This document shows positions 36,733 to 46,467 of a stretch of 64,000 nt of DNA, one piece after another (the stretch's first letter is position 1; each line of letters begins with the position of its first letter). The notes below the pieces were generated by a model. The model was not told where the DNA came from. It saw only the letters and a list, made by a program, of their open reading frames with translations, and ran no database searches. The position numbers and the translations under genes are program-made. The DNA comes from Pseudomonadota bacterium (GTDB lineage: Bacteria; Myxococcota_A; UBA9042; GCA-2863065): positions 65-64,064 of the forward strand of contig PKDL01000514.1 of NCBI GenBank assembly GCA_002863065.1. The letters are read 5' to 3'.

Positions 36733-37819
36733 CGGTTTGTCCTCCCAGCATGGCGTCTATCGTGAGCGAACAACCCTTCGACTCAACTCCCTTCGCCCGC
36801 CCCAATACCGTCCAGCCTAGCGCATCTCGTACCCCCAAATCGTCGGTAAGTACCGCACATGGCCGTTCTAAGTTGGCCAGGTCCCAATGACAGAGCAGAC
36901 CCGGAGTACCATGGGCAGCAAACTGCATCGAACGTGGGTCCAGCACCACAGTTCGAGTCCAGGGCGCATTAGACTTGCGGCGCCGCTGAGGATCGCGGTG
37001 TATCAATACATCATCGTAGAATTGACTAGCGAGCTCCGTCATTCCAAGTAAATTGACGCTGAGATGGGCAGGAATTGCCAGTGTCTCGGTAATCGCCCGA
37101 TCCATGTCATTTCGCCGCACCACACGGGACCTTCCCTTGAATCCACCGGCATCCATTAGTCGGCTGCCCTCCGGCAGCTGCAACGTCAGGGATTTAGCGG
37201 CAAGACCATCCAGAAGGTGAACGAACCCGAAGCTAGCACCGATCAATGTGACCGGGATGTTGGCACGGATGCAGTCCGTGAAAGTCTGCATCAAACCATT
37301 TTGGTCCAAACCCTCTGGACCGACGAGAAATCGAGAACCTGGTAAACCGAAATGTTGGATGAGCTGCTCCATTCCCCACGCCATAATCATATGCGGAGCT
37401 AAAGAAGGCGAAGGGGCAAGTACCAGAATGACCGTATTGCGCCCTTCGGGTAAAAAATATTTGCGTGCATTCTGCAGAATACTTTCCGCCATCAGAGTGA
37501 GGCCGGCTTCAGAAAAGTGGGCTTTTGACTTCGGTGCGCCGCTCGTACCGCTCGAAAAAAACGTATGCGCAAGCGCACCGTCATCGAACATGGAATATGA
37601 CTTAAAAGCACGAGCGGGTATCGCGGGGATATCATTCCAGCGCTGAACCCTATCAGGCGTGTTTCCAGTGTAGTCCGCTACCCGACGGACAACCTCAATG
37701 TGCTTATACTGGTACTCGAATACCGCAAGGGCAAGCGCATTGAAGTCTCCAACTTCGGGTGTCCGGATAAATGACACCAGGCGATCGTGCAGGGCATCGT
37801 GTGCGAGTTCCCGAGTCAC
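36725..37819 (-). CDS. LuxE-family acyl-protein synthetase (adenylate-forming)
   Basis: N-terminal FEYQYKHIEVVRRVADYTG...WNDIPAIPARAFK...FSSGTSG typical of LuxE/acyl-protein synthetase. Confidence 0.7.
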   Translation of the reverse strand: MTRELAHDALHDRLVSFIRTPEVGDFNALALAVFEYQYKHIEVVRRVADYTGNTPDRVQRWNDIPAIPARAFKSYSMFDDGALAHTFFSSGTSGAPKSKAHFSEAGLTLMAESILQNARKYFLPEGRNTVILVLAPSPSLAPHMIMAWGMEQLIQHFGLPGSRFLVGPEGLDQNGLMQTFTDCIRANIPVTLIGASFGFVHLLDGLAAKSLTLQLPEGSRLMDAGGFKGRSRVVRRNDMDRAITETLAIPAHLSVNLLGMTELASQFYDDVLIHRDPQRRRKSNAPWTRTVVLDPRSMQFAAHGTPGLLCHWDLANLERPCAVLTDDLGVRDALGWTVLGRAKGVESKGCSLTIDAMLGGQTGG

Positions 37820-38973
37820 TCTAACGGTCTCCTGTGCACCGTGATGGCCTTTGATGTGATGAAGGGCATGAGTTCTCCACGAATATCATCCAGGCTCCGC
37901 CCCGTATCCAATGCATGCGCTTCAAGCGTTGTGCATCCGTCGACCCACGATGGACCTTTGGTGAGTATCAGGGGGACGCAATCCGATGGAAGCACAGGCA
38001 AGTCAATCGGCTTGACCGGTAACACCTCATCGTCTGCCGCGTAGGCAAATAATCTTGGAGCATGGTTGAATTTTCGTTCAAAAGCATAAGCGTAGGCAGA
38101 CAGCCCTGCTGCCACTCCATCACCGAGAGCTACCAATGTCGATGCATAACGCCCAGTCACATCTCCTGCGGCAAACACTCCTGGCTCGCTTGTTCGCATT
38201 AGTCCGTCTGTCGTAAGGAACCCTCTCAAATCGCGGGCCGGCTCCACACCGGTGACGTGCAAGGCTGGTGTTAGTTCGAAGGCATTGTAATCCATCAGAA
38301 TGGCACCACAGTCTATTATTCGCTCACCATGCGCATCACGTACCTTAGCCGCTACCACATGCGTTTCGCCCATAACTTCGAGTAGCTCACCTCCATCCAG
38401 CACCGTGACTGGACCTGCTCCACTGGTATGCGCACGGAGCATAGCCTTCAGATGCGACGTTTTTTCATTACCGACGACGAGAAGACCACGACCAGAAGCG
38501 TCTTTCGCACAGGCCCGGAGTAAGCGTGGAAAATGCTCATATCCTTTGTACGTAATGCGCACCCCTCGCAGATAGTACTCCGACTCATTTGCCAGAGGCC
38601 GGAACCCCGTTGCCAGAATTACAGCCAAGCTCCGCAATGCAGCGCCCGATGCCAGACCTACCTCCAAAAGCGCACCTTTTCGGTGTATCGAAACCACTTG
38701 GTCATGCTGAATTGGTATGCGTAATCTCTCAATATCGGCCATCAATCGATCGGTAAGCTCTTGTCCTTTGTAGGCCCAACCGGGCCCAGAAAGCACACAG
38801 CTCCCCCAACGCAATAAACCGCCGACTGTACCCGATTCGATGATCCGTACTGAGCAAGCCATGGCATGGTAACCCTTCACCCAGCGTACCCGCGTCGCCG
38901 CTGCCAAGCCTGCCGGTCCGGCTCCAACAACGATCACATCGGCATCATAACCGCCTGGCGAGACATCAGCCAT
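37816..38973 (-). CDS. FAD-dependent pyridine-nucleotide oxidoreductase (thioredoxin-reductase-like fold, no CxxC) with C-terminal extension; start likely Met at 38973
   Basis: DADVIVVGAGPAGLAAA FAD-binding GxGxxG; FAAGDVTGR C-terminal FAD motif; second NAD(P) Rossmann LLVVGNEKTS. Confidence 0.7.
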   Translation of the reverse strand: MADVSPGGYDADVIVVGAGPAGLAAATRVRWVKGYHAMACSVRIIESGTVGGLLRWGSCVLSGPGWAYKGQELTDRLMADIERLRIPIQHDQVVSIHRKGALLEVGLASGAALRSLAVILATGFRPLANESEYYLRGVRITYKGYEHFPRLLRACAKDASGRGLLVVGNEKTSHLKAMLRAHTSGAGPVTVLDGGELLEVMGETHVVAAKVRDAHGERIIDCGAILMDYNAFELTPALHVTGVEPARDLRGFLTTDGLMRTSEPGVFAAGDVTGRYASTLVALGDGVAAGLSAYAYAFERKFNHAPRLFAYAADDEVLPVKPIDLPVLPSDCVPLILTKGPSWVDGCTTLEAHALDTGRSLDDIRGELMPFITSKAITVHRRPLE

Positions 38974-39487
38974 CCTGTGAAGCCTTATGCGTCGAAGTCG
39001 AAAGTCCCAACCACTGGGCGAGTCCACCTGCATCACACACACGCTGCCAATGCGGATCCCATGGTTCGATAGGAAATTGCCGACCGCTTACTGTCAATAG
39101 GCGCGATATCAGGTCGAGTCGTACCGCAACATCATCGGAAGGCCGATAACCAGCAAGTGCCGGACAAACCACTGCAGGTAAGCCCAAGTTCATCACGTTC
39201 CGATAGAAAATACGGGCGAAAGATGCGGCTACAATCGCCTGGACCCCGGCCAGTACGAACACGCGCGCCCCCGTTTCACGCGATGAGCCAATCCCGAAGT
39301 TCTCTCCCGCCAATACAATGGCACCGGTAAGGTCGCGCTGCCCATCTGACTCCCTGCCATCAACGGCGCCTAGAAACCCCGACCGAACCTTTTTATCGTC
39401 CAGGCTATAAAAGCGGCTGGGATGTAAAATGTCGGTATTGACGTTATCACCCAGCACGAGTGCTCGCCCCTCGACCAGCGGCTTCAT
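38966..39487 (-). CDS. leuD: 3-isopropylmalate/(homo)aconitate dehydratase small subunit, archaeal type
   Basis: LGDNVNTDILHPSRF swivel-domain motif; 173 aa; ATGA overlap with large subunit. Confidence 0.8.
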   Translation of the reverse strand: MKPLVEGRALVLGDNVNTDILHPSRFYSLDDKKVRSGFLGAVDGRESDGQRDLTGAIVLAGENFGIGSSRETGARVFVLAGVQAIVAASFARIFYRNVMNLGLPAVVCPALAGYRPSDDVAVRLDLISRLLTVSGRQFPIEPWDPHWQRVCDAGGLAQWLGLSTSTHKASQDG

Positions 39488-40761
39488 GAGGTAACCTCCC
39501 GAGGATCGATAATCTGACCCGATACGGCAGCGGCCGCTGCAGTGCGAGCTGATGCAAGCCAGATACGAGCATCATTGCTGCCCATACGACCACGAAAGTT
39601 TCGGTTTGATGTGGATACGCATACGTCTCCAGCTGACAAAATCCCTTTGTCGATACCGCCACATGCTCCGCACGCACTAGCGGTTACCATAGCGCCGGCC
39701 TCGATGAGTATGGAGACAATCCCTTCTTCAACCGCCGCACGATACACCGCGGTTGATGCGGGCGTAACCACCATCCGGATGCCAGACTTGATACGTCGGC
39801 CAGTTAAAATTTCGGCGGCCTGCCTTAAATCTTCTAAACGACCGCCACAGCAAGAGCCGATAAAGACTTGGTCAACATGCTCACCACCGACCATAGATGC
39901 AGGGGTGACGTCAGCGGGACTACCTGGACGAGCTACGGAAGGGACAACTACCGAGAGATCGATGTGCAACGTATCCACATACTCGGTTCCAGGCGTAGAC
40001 CAATCCGCCATATCCTCAGGAATCCCACCATCTCGTTCTATCAGGTATGCCCTCGTGACAGCATCTGGAATAACGAGCCCATTTTTCGCACCACAATCCA
40101 CTGCCATGTTGGTTACAGTACAGCGATCAGCCATCGACAAGCCTTGGTCATGGTCGACGAATTCAAGCGCTCGATAGCCGGCACCACCTTCTCCAAAGTG
40201 CTGCATCATTAGGAGCGCAACGTCTTTGCCTGTTGCCCCCTCGGACAATGTATTCACGCAATCCACGCGTACCGCTTCAGGCAGACGAACCCACACCTTC
40301 CCAGTGGCGAGCAGGCCCAAAATATCCGTCGAACCAAACCCAGCAGCAAACGCACCGACGGCACCTGCCATGGTCGTGTGGCTGTCTGCTCCAGCAATAA
40401 GCGAGCCTGGCAAACACCGAGAGTCTTCAATTAACAACTGGTGGCTAATTCCTCGATAAAAGAGGTCCGTCGAGATACCTTCATCCTCGACGAATTTTAG
40501 ATACTTCTTCAGAATCGCGGCGCGCTCCGCAGTCGCTGGCGGAACGAAATGGTCCGCGGCAAAAAAGCATCGTTCCGGTGCAAACACCCGTTTCCCAGCG
40601 GCGCGTAATCTGTCAATTAGCAACGCGATGGTCGCTTCATGCCCAAGTACAATGTCCGGGCTGACCGCAAAGTACGCACTACCGTCCAGTGTCTCCTCGC
40701 AGTGGGCGAGTAAAATACGATGCGTCAACGGTGCGTCTGACATGGTGGACAGTGTAACCAT
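39484..40761 (-). CDS. leuC: 3-isopropylmalate/(homo)aconitate dehydratase large subunit, archaeal type (aconitase family)
   Basis: Aconitase-family Fe-S ligand blocks (GSCCGGR, MVTASACGACGG), ~425 aa. Confidence 0.8.
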   Translation of the reverse strand: MVTLSTMSDAPLTHRILLAHCEETLDGSAYFAVSPDIVLGHEATIALLIDRLRAAGKRVFAPERCFFAADHFVPPATAERAAILKKYLKFVEDEGISTDLFYRGISHQLLIEDSRCLPGSLIAGADSHTTMAGAVGAFAAGFGSTDILGLLATGKVWVRLPEAVRVDCVNTLSEGATGKDVALLMMQHFGEGGAGYRALEFVDHDQGLSMADRCTVTNMAVDCGAKNGLVIPDAVTRAYLIERDGGIPEDMADWSTPGTEYVDTLHIDLSVVVPSVARPGSPADVTPASMVGGEHVDQVFIGSCCGGRLEDLRQAAEILTGRRIKSGIRMVVTPASTAVYRAAVEEGIVSILIEAGAMVTASACGACGGIDKGILSAGDVCVSTSNRNFRGRMGSNDARIWLASARTAAAAAVSGQIIDPREVTS

Positions 40762-40829
40762 CGTTAGTTCCTACCGTCGAGTGACGCGCTTTGTTTCATC
40801 CCACGGCAGATCACAGGTAGGGTGACGCC

Positions 40830-42932
40830 ATGGGGACACCATCTCGCATTACAATTGTCGCTGGCACCATCGCTATTTTTGCATTAGCGGGCATCGTGTT
40901 GATGCTCCTCGCACTTGTCGGCCGTCCACTCGCTACCGCCGACCTGTGGTTCCACCTCAAAATGGGCGAATGGTACCTGCAGGAAGGACTGTGGCCCCTC
41001 GCTGATCCCATGTTGCATACCAACGGACCGATTACCCCTGTGCAACATGAATGGCTGTTCGGAGTCGCCGTACATACCGTGGAACGCTTTTTCGGATTCC
41101 AGGGATTGAGAATCACCAATATCCTCTCTGTCATACTCATTATCGGGCTCGTGTTCGATGTGTGCCGTCGCCAGGCTGGCAGCATTGCAGAAGCATGCCT
41201 TGGAACTGGAGCATTTGTCATACTTAGTTGGCTACGGCTGATGCAGGACAGACCAGACCGATGGTCTATCGCAAGTCTGCTCATCCTCTATAAGCTGACC
41301 CTGGAACCAGGTAGACGACTGACTGCCCGCTCCACGGCGGCAGTACTGGTTCTTATGCTGTTGTGGGTAAACGCGCATTCACTGTTCGCCATCGGACTGG
41401 CGTTGATCGGAGTGACGATGGTAGCGCGTTTCTTTGAGTCTCAGCTCACAGCCCAACTTTCGAATGTATCGCAAGCAGATAACTCGCTGGTGAAACACAT
41501 GCTATGGCTTCTGATTTTATCCTTCGCCATCACCCTACTCAATCCGCGTGGAATATGGCAGCACCTCACATTTTTCACATCCAGTACCACCACGGCAGTG
41601 TGGGCAGTAACGGACGAATGGCTAGCCTTTTATCCCTGGTCTCCTGGAGCACCCAACAGTCCCGTTCTTCCATGGCTGACATGGCTAGTAGCCGATATTA
41701 CTCTGATAGGTTTCGTCGTTGCTCTAATCGCCGGATATCGACACCTTGTGACCTACCGAAAAACGCATGCGCTGGGGGCACTCAATCCCACACTCATGCT
41801 ACTTGGCATCGTTAGCATCGGAGCCATGTTGGTCAGTTTCCGCTTCTTATGGCTTGGGCTCTTCCCCATCCTCTTTATTTTGCGAGTACGGCGAGAGGTA
41901 TCGGGCGCATCCGCCGTACGCGGGGACCAATGGGTCGGTGTAAGTGCACTCACTGCTGCCGCCGCAATCACCAGTATTTTACTATTCTGGCCAACCGCTT
42001 CTGGTGCATGGTCATTACATATGTCCGATGTTCCTGAGGACACTAGCGAGTACATCAATACTGCGGTCAATCATGCAAGATATGCTGGAGAGGGGGCACA
42101 ATTTCTGAACGATGCCGGAATCGAAGGCAATCTCTTCAATAACTATACCCTTGGCGCATATTTGGGATTCCAATTAGCACCCCAGATACGCACCTTTATC
42201 GATGGTCGCGCCGAGCATTATCCGCCGGAAGTAATGATTGACTACGATGTCATCACTGCGGGCGGAGTACGAAATGATGGGCGACATTACCTGGACATTC
42301 TCGACGACCGAAAAGTCGACCTATTTTATGGCGTTGGCGGGGTCGGATACGGCTACCATGCTGATGACACATTGCACCATGTAGAAGCGGTACCGTGGTG
42401 GGTGCTGATATTTCGCTCCGCTGGGCACGGAATTTGGCTGCGAAAAGACGCAGCTTCAATCGCGACCCTACAACGCATAAAGGCATACTATGACGCCCGG
42501 GGCATTCCATTCTCGGTCGAAGCAGGGCTCGATGTCGGGCAACTCATCCGAGAACACCAGGCATACGCAATCGATATCCGCCTCATACCGCCCATCTATC
42601 CTGCCAGGCTAGCAGTATCACGCGAAGGCGACCCAGATACTCGCCTCAATGCATTGGCTTGGCTCGGGGACCGACACAAAATTGCTGGAGACTACGTAGG
42701 GGCATTAGGGGCATATGGCGAAGTGCTGAAAGTCAATCCAAACGTCGGGTATATCCTTGAGCAGTCTATAACCTGTCTAACAGCACTGGGTCACTTCGAC
42801 GCAGCCATGGATACATTTGCACGGGCGCAACGCGCCGGCGTACCGGATGAGACGTTGAAGCGGCTGGAGCATCACATCGCGAACCAATCCGAGTGGCGAA
42901 CCACCTTGTCGAAGTGGAAGGTCACTCCATGA
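40830..42932 (+). CDS. Large polytopic membrane protein with C-terminal TPR-like domain (GT-C/oligosaccharyl- or mannosyltransferase-like architecture)
   Basis: ~11 predicted TM helices in first 420 aa then soluble helical repeats; no definitive motif. Confidence 0.45.
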   Translation: MGTPSRITIVAGTIAIFALAGIVLMLLALVGRPLATADLWFHLKMGEWYLQEGLWPLADPMLHTNGPITPVQHEWLFGVAVHTVERFFGFQGLRITNILSVILIIGLVFDVCRRQAGSIAEACLGTGAFVILSWLRLMQDRPDRWSIASLLILYKLTLEPGRRLTARSTAAVLVLMLLWVNAHSLFAIGLALIGVTMVARFFESQLTAQLSNVSQADNSLVKHMLWLLILSFAITLLNPRGIWQHLTFFTSSTTTAVWAVTDEWLAFYPWSPGAPNSPVLPWLTWLVADITLIGFVVALIAGYRHLVTYRKTHALGALNPTLMLLGIVSIGAMLVSFRFLWLGLFPILFILRVRREVSGASAVRGDQWVGVSALTAAAAITSILLFWPTASGAWSLHMSDVPEDTSEYINTAVNHARYAGEGAQFLNDAGIEGNLFNNYTLGAYLGFQLAPQIRTFIDGRAEHYPPEVMIDYDVITAGGVRNDGRHYLDILDDRKVDLFYGVGGVGYGYHADDTLHHVEAVPWWVLIFRSAGHGIWLRKDAASIATLQRIKAYYDARGIPFSVEAGLDVGQLIREHQAYAIDIRLIPPIYPARLAVSREGDPDTRLNALAWLGDRHKIAGDYVGALGAYGEVLKVNPNVGYILEQSITCLTALGHFDAAMDTFARAQRAGVPDETLKRLEHHIANQSEWRTTLSKWKVTP

Positions 42933-44467
42933 CATCTTTGGCCGAGAGTCTCAGGCCCACCACCGTACGGCGCAGCCTGTTCTGCACTGTATTTTTACTA
43001 CTGAGCTATTGGGTGCATTTCTGGCCAACATTCCATGCCGCCAATGAGTCTATACGTCTGTACTTCGTTCAGGCTGTGGTTGACTACGGCTCCGCATCTG
43101 TAGATGAACCGCGTCAGCGGTACGGCATGACCAATGTAGACAAAGCTCACTACCAGGGTCATGACTACATGGACAAGGCACCTGGGCTATCACTGCTCGT
43201 AATCCCGGTCTACTGGATCGCAACGCGCATCTTTGGGATGTCGACGGAGTTTCCGGACCTTCCTAACCTGAGTTACCTTCTCTTGCTTTTTGGTGTCGTT
43301 ATTCCAGGTACTTTAGGAGCCTACGCCGTATATCGCGTAATCCAATCTCGAGCAGGGCCCAGCAAAGCGGTAGAAGAGGCAGCCCTATTTGGCGCCATCA
43401 TCGTTGGGCTCGCCTCGCCGTATGCCCTGTACTGCACCCTATTCTTCGGACACGGACCTGCCGCCGCATTAGGCGCAATGAGCATCGCCATGCTCAGCCG
43501 CCAACGATATGTTGCAGGAATGCTCGCGGGTGCCATGGTACTGGTCGATACCCCGGCGGCTGTACTTGCCTTTGGGCTCGGTATCTGGGTTCTCATCCGC
43601 ACGCGTAGCCTAAGAGCAATGATCGAGTTTGGTATTGGTGGAATCCCGCCGATTGCGATTCAACTCGCTTACAACACGTGGCTTTTCGATTCACCGTTCA
43701 CCTTCGCATATGCTCACAAAGCCAGTGGCGATCTCGCGACGATACATGCCCAAGGACTTTTTGGGTTTTCAATACCCACCATTGAAAGACTGTATGGCTT
43801 GTCTTTTGGCTCGGAACGTGGACTCTTTTTTCATGCACCGGTTCTACTCTTGGCCTTTTTTGGGGGGCCTCGGGCTAAACCGTTTCTCGTACTCAGTCTT
43901 CTGTATTTTCTGTGGATCGCAGCATTCGTCGACTGGCAAGCCGGGGCATCCTATGCGCCTCGGCATCTCACTCCGGTCGTACCACTGCTCGCAATAGCTG
44001 CAGCACTTAGCTTGCTCCAGCAGCCAAAGCTACGCGTAATCGCACCCGCATTGCTTGTGTACTCCGCCCTGGTGACATTTTCGATGATCAGTACCTTTCC
44101 GTACGCGATGATCCCTTTTGATGCACCCATCCTAGAACAGGCACTGCCCATGCTAGGGTCCGGTGCGATATCACCCAATATACTTGGCCTAACCAGCTAT
44201 ATGGCCTTATTACCGCCCATAGGACTAGCTGTGCTTTTATGCGGACTTCTCAGCGTACGTCGATCCTTGCTTGCGGGCTTTGTGGGTCTTGCATGCTTTC
44301 TCATGCTAGCCGCCGCTCCCGTTCCTCTCACCACGGCAGCCAAAATAGATAGCCTGACACGCGCCACTGCTTTCAACGGGTATGCGCCCGTCGCAAAGAA
44401 TATCTGTCACTCGCATAACGGCTATCGTTGGATTGAACGCGCATGGGCGTGTGTGCCCAAACGCTAA
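42929..44467 (+). CDS. GT-C fold membrane glycosyltransferase (PMT/ArnT family 39-like)
   Basis: Loop-1 motif YQGHDYMDKAPGLSLLVIPVYWIA; polytopic; ATGA overlap with upstream membrane protein. Confidence 0.5.
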   Translation: MTSLAESLRPTTVRRSLFCTVFLLLSYWVHFWPTFHAANESIRLYFVQAVVDYGSASVDEPRQRYGMTNVDKAHYQGHDYMDKAPGLSLLVIPVYWIATRIFGMSTEFPDLPNLSYLLLLFGVVIPGTLGAYAVYRVIQSRAGPSKAVEEAALFGAIIVGLASPYALYCTLFFGHGPAAALGAMSIAMLSRQRYVAGMLAGAMVLVDTPAAVLAFGLGIWVLIRTRSLRAMIEFGIGGIPPIAIQLAYNTWLFDSPFTFAYAHKASGDLATIHAQGLFGFSIPTIERLYGLSFGSERGLFFHAPVLLLAFFGGPRAKPFLVLSLLYFLWIAAFVDWQAGASYAPRHLTPVVPLLAIAAALSLLQQPKLRVIAPALLVYSALVTFSMISTFPYAMIPFDAPILEQALPMLGSGAISPNILGLTSYMALLPPIGLAVLLCGLLSVRRSLLAGFVGLACFLMLAAAPVPLTTAAKIDSLTRATAFNGYAPVAKNICHSHNGYRWIERAWACVPKR

Positions 44468-44498
44468 ATAAGGTTCTAGTGGACGACCTCGTACCCTC

Positions 44499-44518
44499 GA
44501 GATGAGACAACTCATCTC
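44499..44518 (+). terminator. Stem-loop gagatgag-acaa-ctcatctc 30 nt after stop of GT-C gene (possible intrinsic terminator, no U-tract)
   Basis: Perfect 8-bp stem, 4-nt loop. Confidence 0.3.
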
Positions 44519-44876
44519 CAGTCGTGCTCTCAACACCAACGAAAGCCGTGCCCATGGTCCATTCTCCTGCGAAAAAACAAGTGCCAAGTCATATCGGACT
44601 GAGAACCAAGCGGGAAGCCAGATTAACGGGGGCACTTTCCCGAATGCCACCTTCCGCGACTGCATAATTGGACAAGGGTTGAACTACCGTCAGCGTCGGG
44701 AAAAACTGGGGTCTTCCTAAACCACCTCCGTAAGAAACCCAGGCACGAATGCTCGATAAAAACAGGTGTGTGTACGATAACTGCATCGGCGCTTCACGTT
44801 GGTGAATACAAGATGCATCGTCTGCGATACGCAGTGCTGCTCGCATGACTTGGAGATAAAAAAGAGGAGTTCTCTA

Positions 44877-46163
44877 ATGTTTCTTGCAGACTTGACCGAA
44901 GACCTCTTTGGTATGGAACAGTCTCATATAACAAACATTGTCGTCGCCCTCTTCCTTGCGTCCTGTACGACGCCGCCTCCGGTCGATGTACAAGATGAGT
45001 CGCTCAATGATTCGTACACTGCGTATGCTACGCCTCCGAGCCCGCTGGTCCCGAGTACTCCGCTGCAGATTGGGAGTGTGCCGCATGATGCGACGAAGGT
45101 GCAGCGGACGGCACTGCATTGGTTAAATACGTTCCGTATCCGAGCCGGCGTTGCTCCAATCCACCAACTAAACACCTTAAACACTGCTGCCTCATCGCAT
45201 GCGGCCTACGTACTCGCCAATGCAGACCTCTATGCAACTGGCTTGTCTGTACACGAGCAAGACCCAGAGCAGCCGGGCTTCCTTGGAGAACGTTTCTGGG
45301 AGCGGCTCGCAGCCGTAGGTTATAATGGGACCGCATTCCGTGAGGTGGTCGCCTACCATGCTCAACCTGCGACCGCCATCGCACATTGGATGGAAACCAT
45401 CTACCACCGACTGCCTCTGATACATCCCAATGCCCAGCATGTCGGCTATGGTGAAGCACATCTGGTGAATGACCGGGTCAATGTAATGGACGTAGGCGCC
45501 GGCGATGGTTGGTCGCCCCGGATTCCCGGAGGTGTCGCCTGGCCACCGGATGGTGCGACCCAGGTGGCCTTGGCATGGGATGGATTAGAAAGTCCGCAGC
45601 CCTTGTCTCCGCCAAATGGGTTTCCATCTGGACCAGTCATCACGCTTACGTTTCCAAACGGTACGGACTTTGCGATTGCTGAACATCGACTCACAAATAT
45701 GAGTACGGGCGAGATCATCGCGCACGTCTTTGCGGATCAAAACAATGATCCAAACCTCGCAAAAGAAAGCTCAGTTGCCATGTATGCAAATGAACCACTG
45801 CAACCAGCCGCGACGTACTCAGTACAGATGAAGGGCGTAGTCGATGGCGCCGTTTTCGAACGTCAGTGGTCATTTAGTACACGAGCAGTCGCACAGTGCA
45901 GCGTCCAATGGCAGGATTGCGGGGTCGGAAAGGGCTGTTATGCCACTACCGACAATGGAGCCACATGCGCTTGGGCCGGTGCGAGGCGTATGGGGGAGCC
46001 CTGCGAATTCCAGAATGATTGTGCCGGGGGACTGACGTGTGTGTCGTCGGTCTGTCGTGTGTACTGCTTGGTCGATGGCGGAGATGGGGGCTGCGATACC
46101 AAATGTGATGCCGGGTGGTCAGCTCTGAATGTTCCGGGAGGCCATGGCGTCTGTAAGCTTTGA
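44877..46163 (+). CDS. Secreted lipoprotein with CAP/SCP (PR-1-like) domain and C-terminal Cys-rich module
   Basis: RBS AAGAGGAG 7 nt upstream; lipobox LFLASC; CAP motifs HTQVVW-like (HAAYVL...GENL..., HYTQ-like HWMETIYHRLPLIHPNAQHVGYG); C-terminal CxxC-rich. Confidence 0.6.
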   Translation: MFLADLTEDLFGMEQSHITNIVVALFLASCTTPPPVDVQDESLNDSYTAYATPPSPLVPSTPLQIGSVPHDATKVQRTALHWLNTFRIRAGVAPIHQLNTLNTAASSHAAYVLANADLYATGLSVHEQDPEQPGFLGERFWERLAAVGYNGTAFREVVAYHAQPATAIAHWMETIYHRLPLIHPNAQHVGYGEAHLVNDRVNVMDVGAGDGWSPRIPGGVAWPPDGATQVALAWDGLESPQPLSPPNGFPSGPVITLTFPNGTDFAIAEHRLTNMSTGEIIAHVFADQNNDPNLAKESSVAMYANEPLQPAATYSVQMKGVVDGAVFERQWSFSTRAVAQCSVQWQDCGVGKGCYATTDNGATCAWAGARRMGEPCEFQNDCAGGLTCVSSVCRVYCLVDGGDGGCDTKCDAGWSALNVPGGHGVCKL

Positions 46164-46169
46164 GCCATC

Positions 46170-46424
46170 TCACCCAGCGAACTCCCATGACCGCATAATA
46201 GATTTCTTAGCCCAATCCACCAGTGTCTTCTCGAGGCCCTTTACGCGACCAAACATGCGTGTGCCATTAATTCGCGTCTCCGTCAGCGATAGCAATCGAG
46301 CACGTGTCTTATCCGATAGCCGGCCGTAGAGAGCTCGCGGTCTCCGCTTCATATCTTCTGCAGAGCTCACAAATCCGTTTTGCCGTTTTGGGGACCAGTT
46401 CAATCGGCGAACATTCGAATGCAT
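46170..46424 (-). CDS. Small basic hypothetical protein (may be non-coding)
   Basis: ORF only; no motif; lies in the xerC upstream region. Confidence 0.2.
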   Translation of the reverse strand: MHSNVRRLNWSPKRQNGFVSSAEDMKRRPRALYGRLSDKTRARLLSLTETRINGTRMFGRVKGLEKTLVDWAKKSIMRSWEFAG

Positions 46425-46467
46425 ACGTTTTGATGCGTTCTCGGTCTCAGAGAGCTACAGTTAGTGC

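Noticed and set aside
38966-40761. leuC/leuD as components of a novel pathway
   Set aside because: Not rejected outright, but archaeal-type LeuCD are the normal leucine-pathway enzymes in many Deltaproteobacteria. Housekeeping function with fortuitous operon sharing is at least as likely, and is kept as the alternative in the finding.
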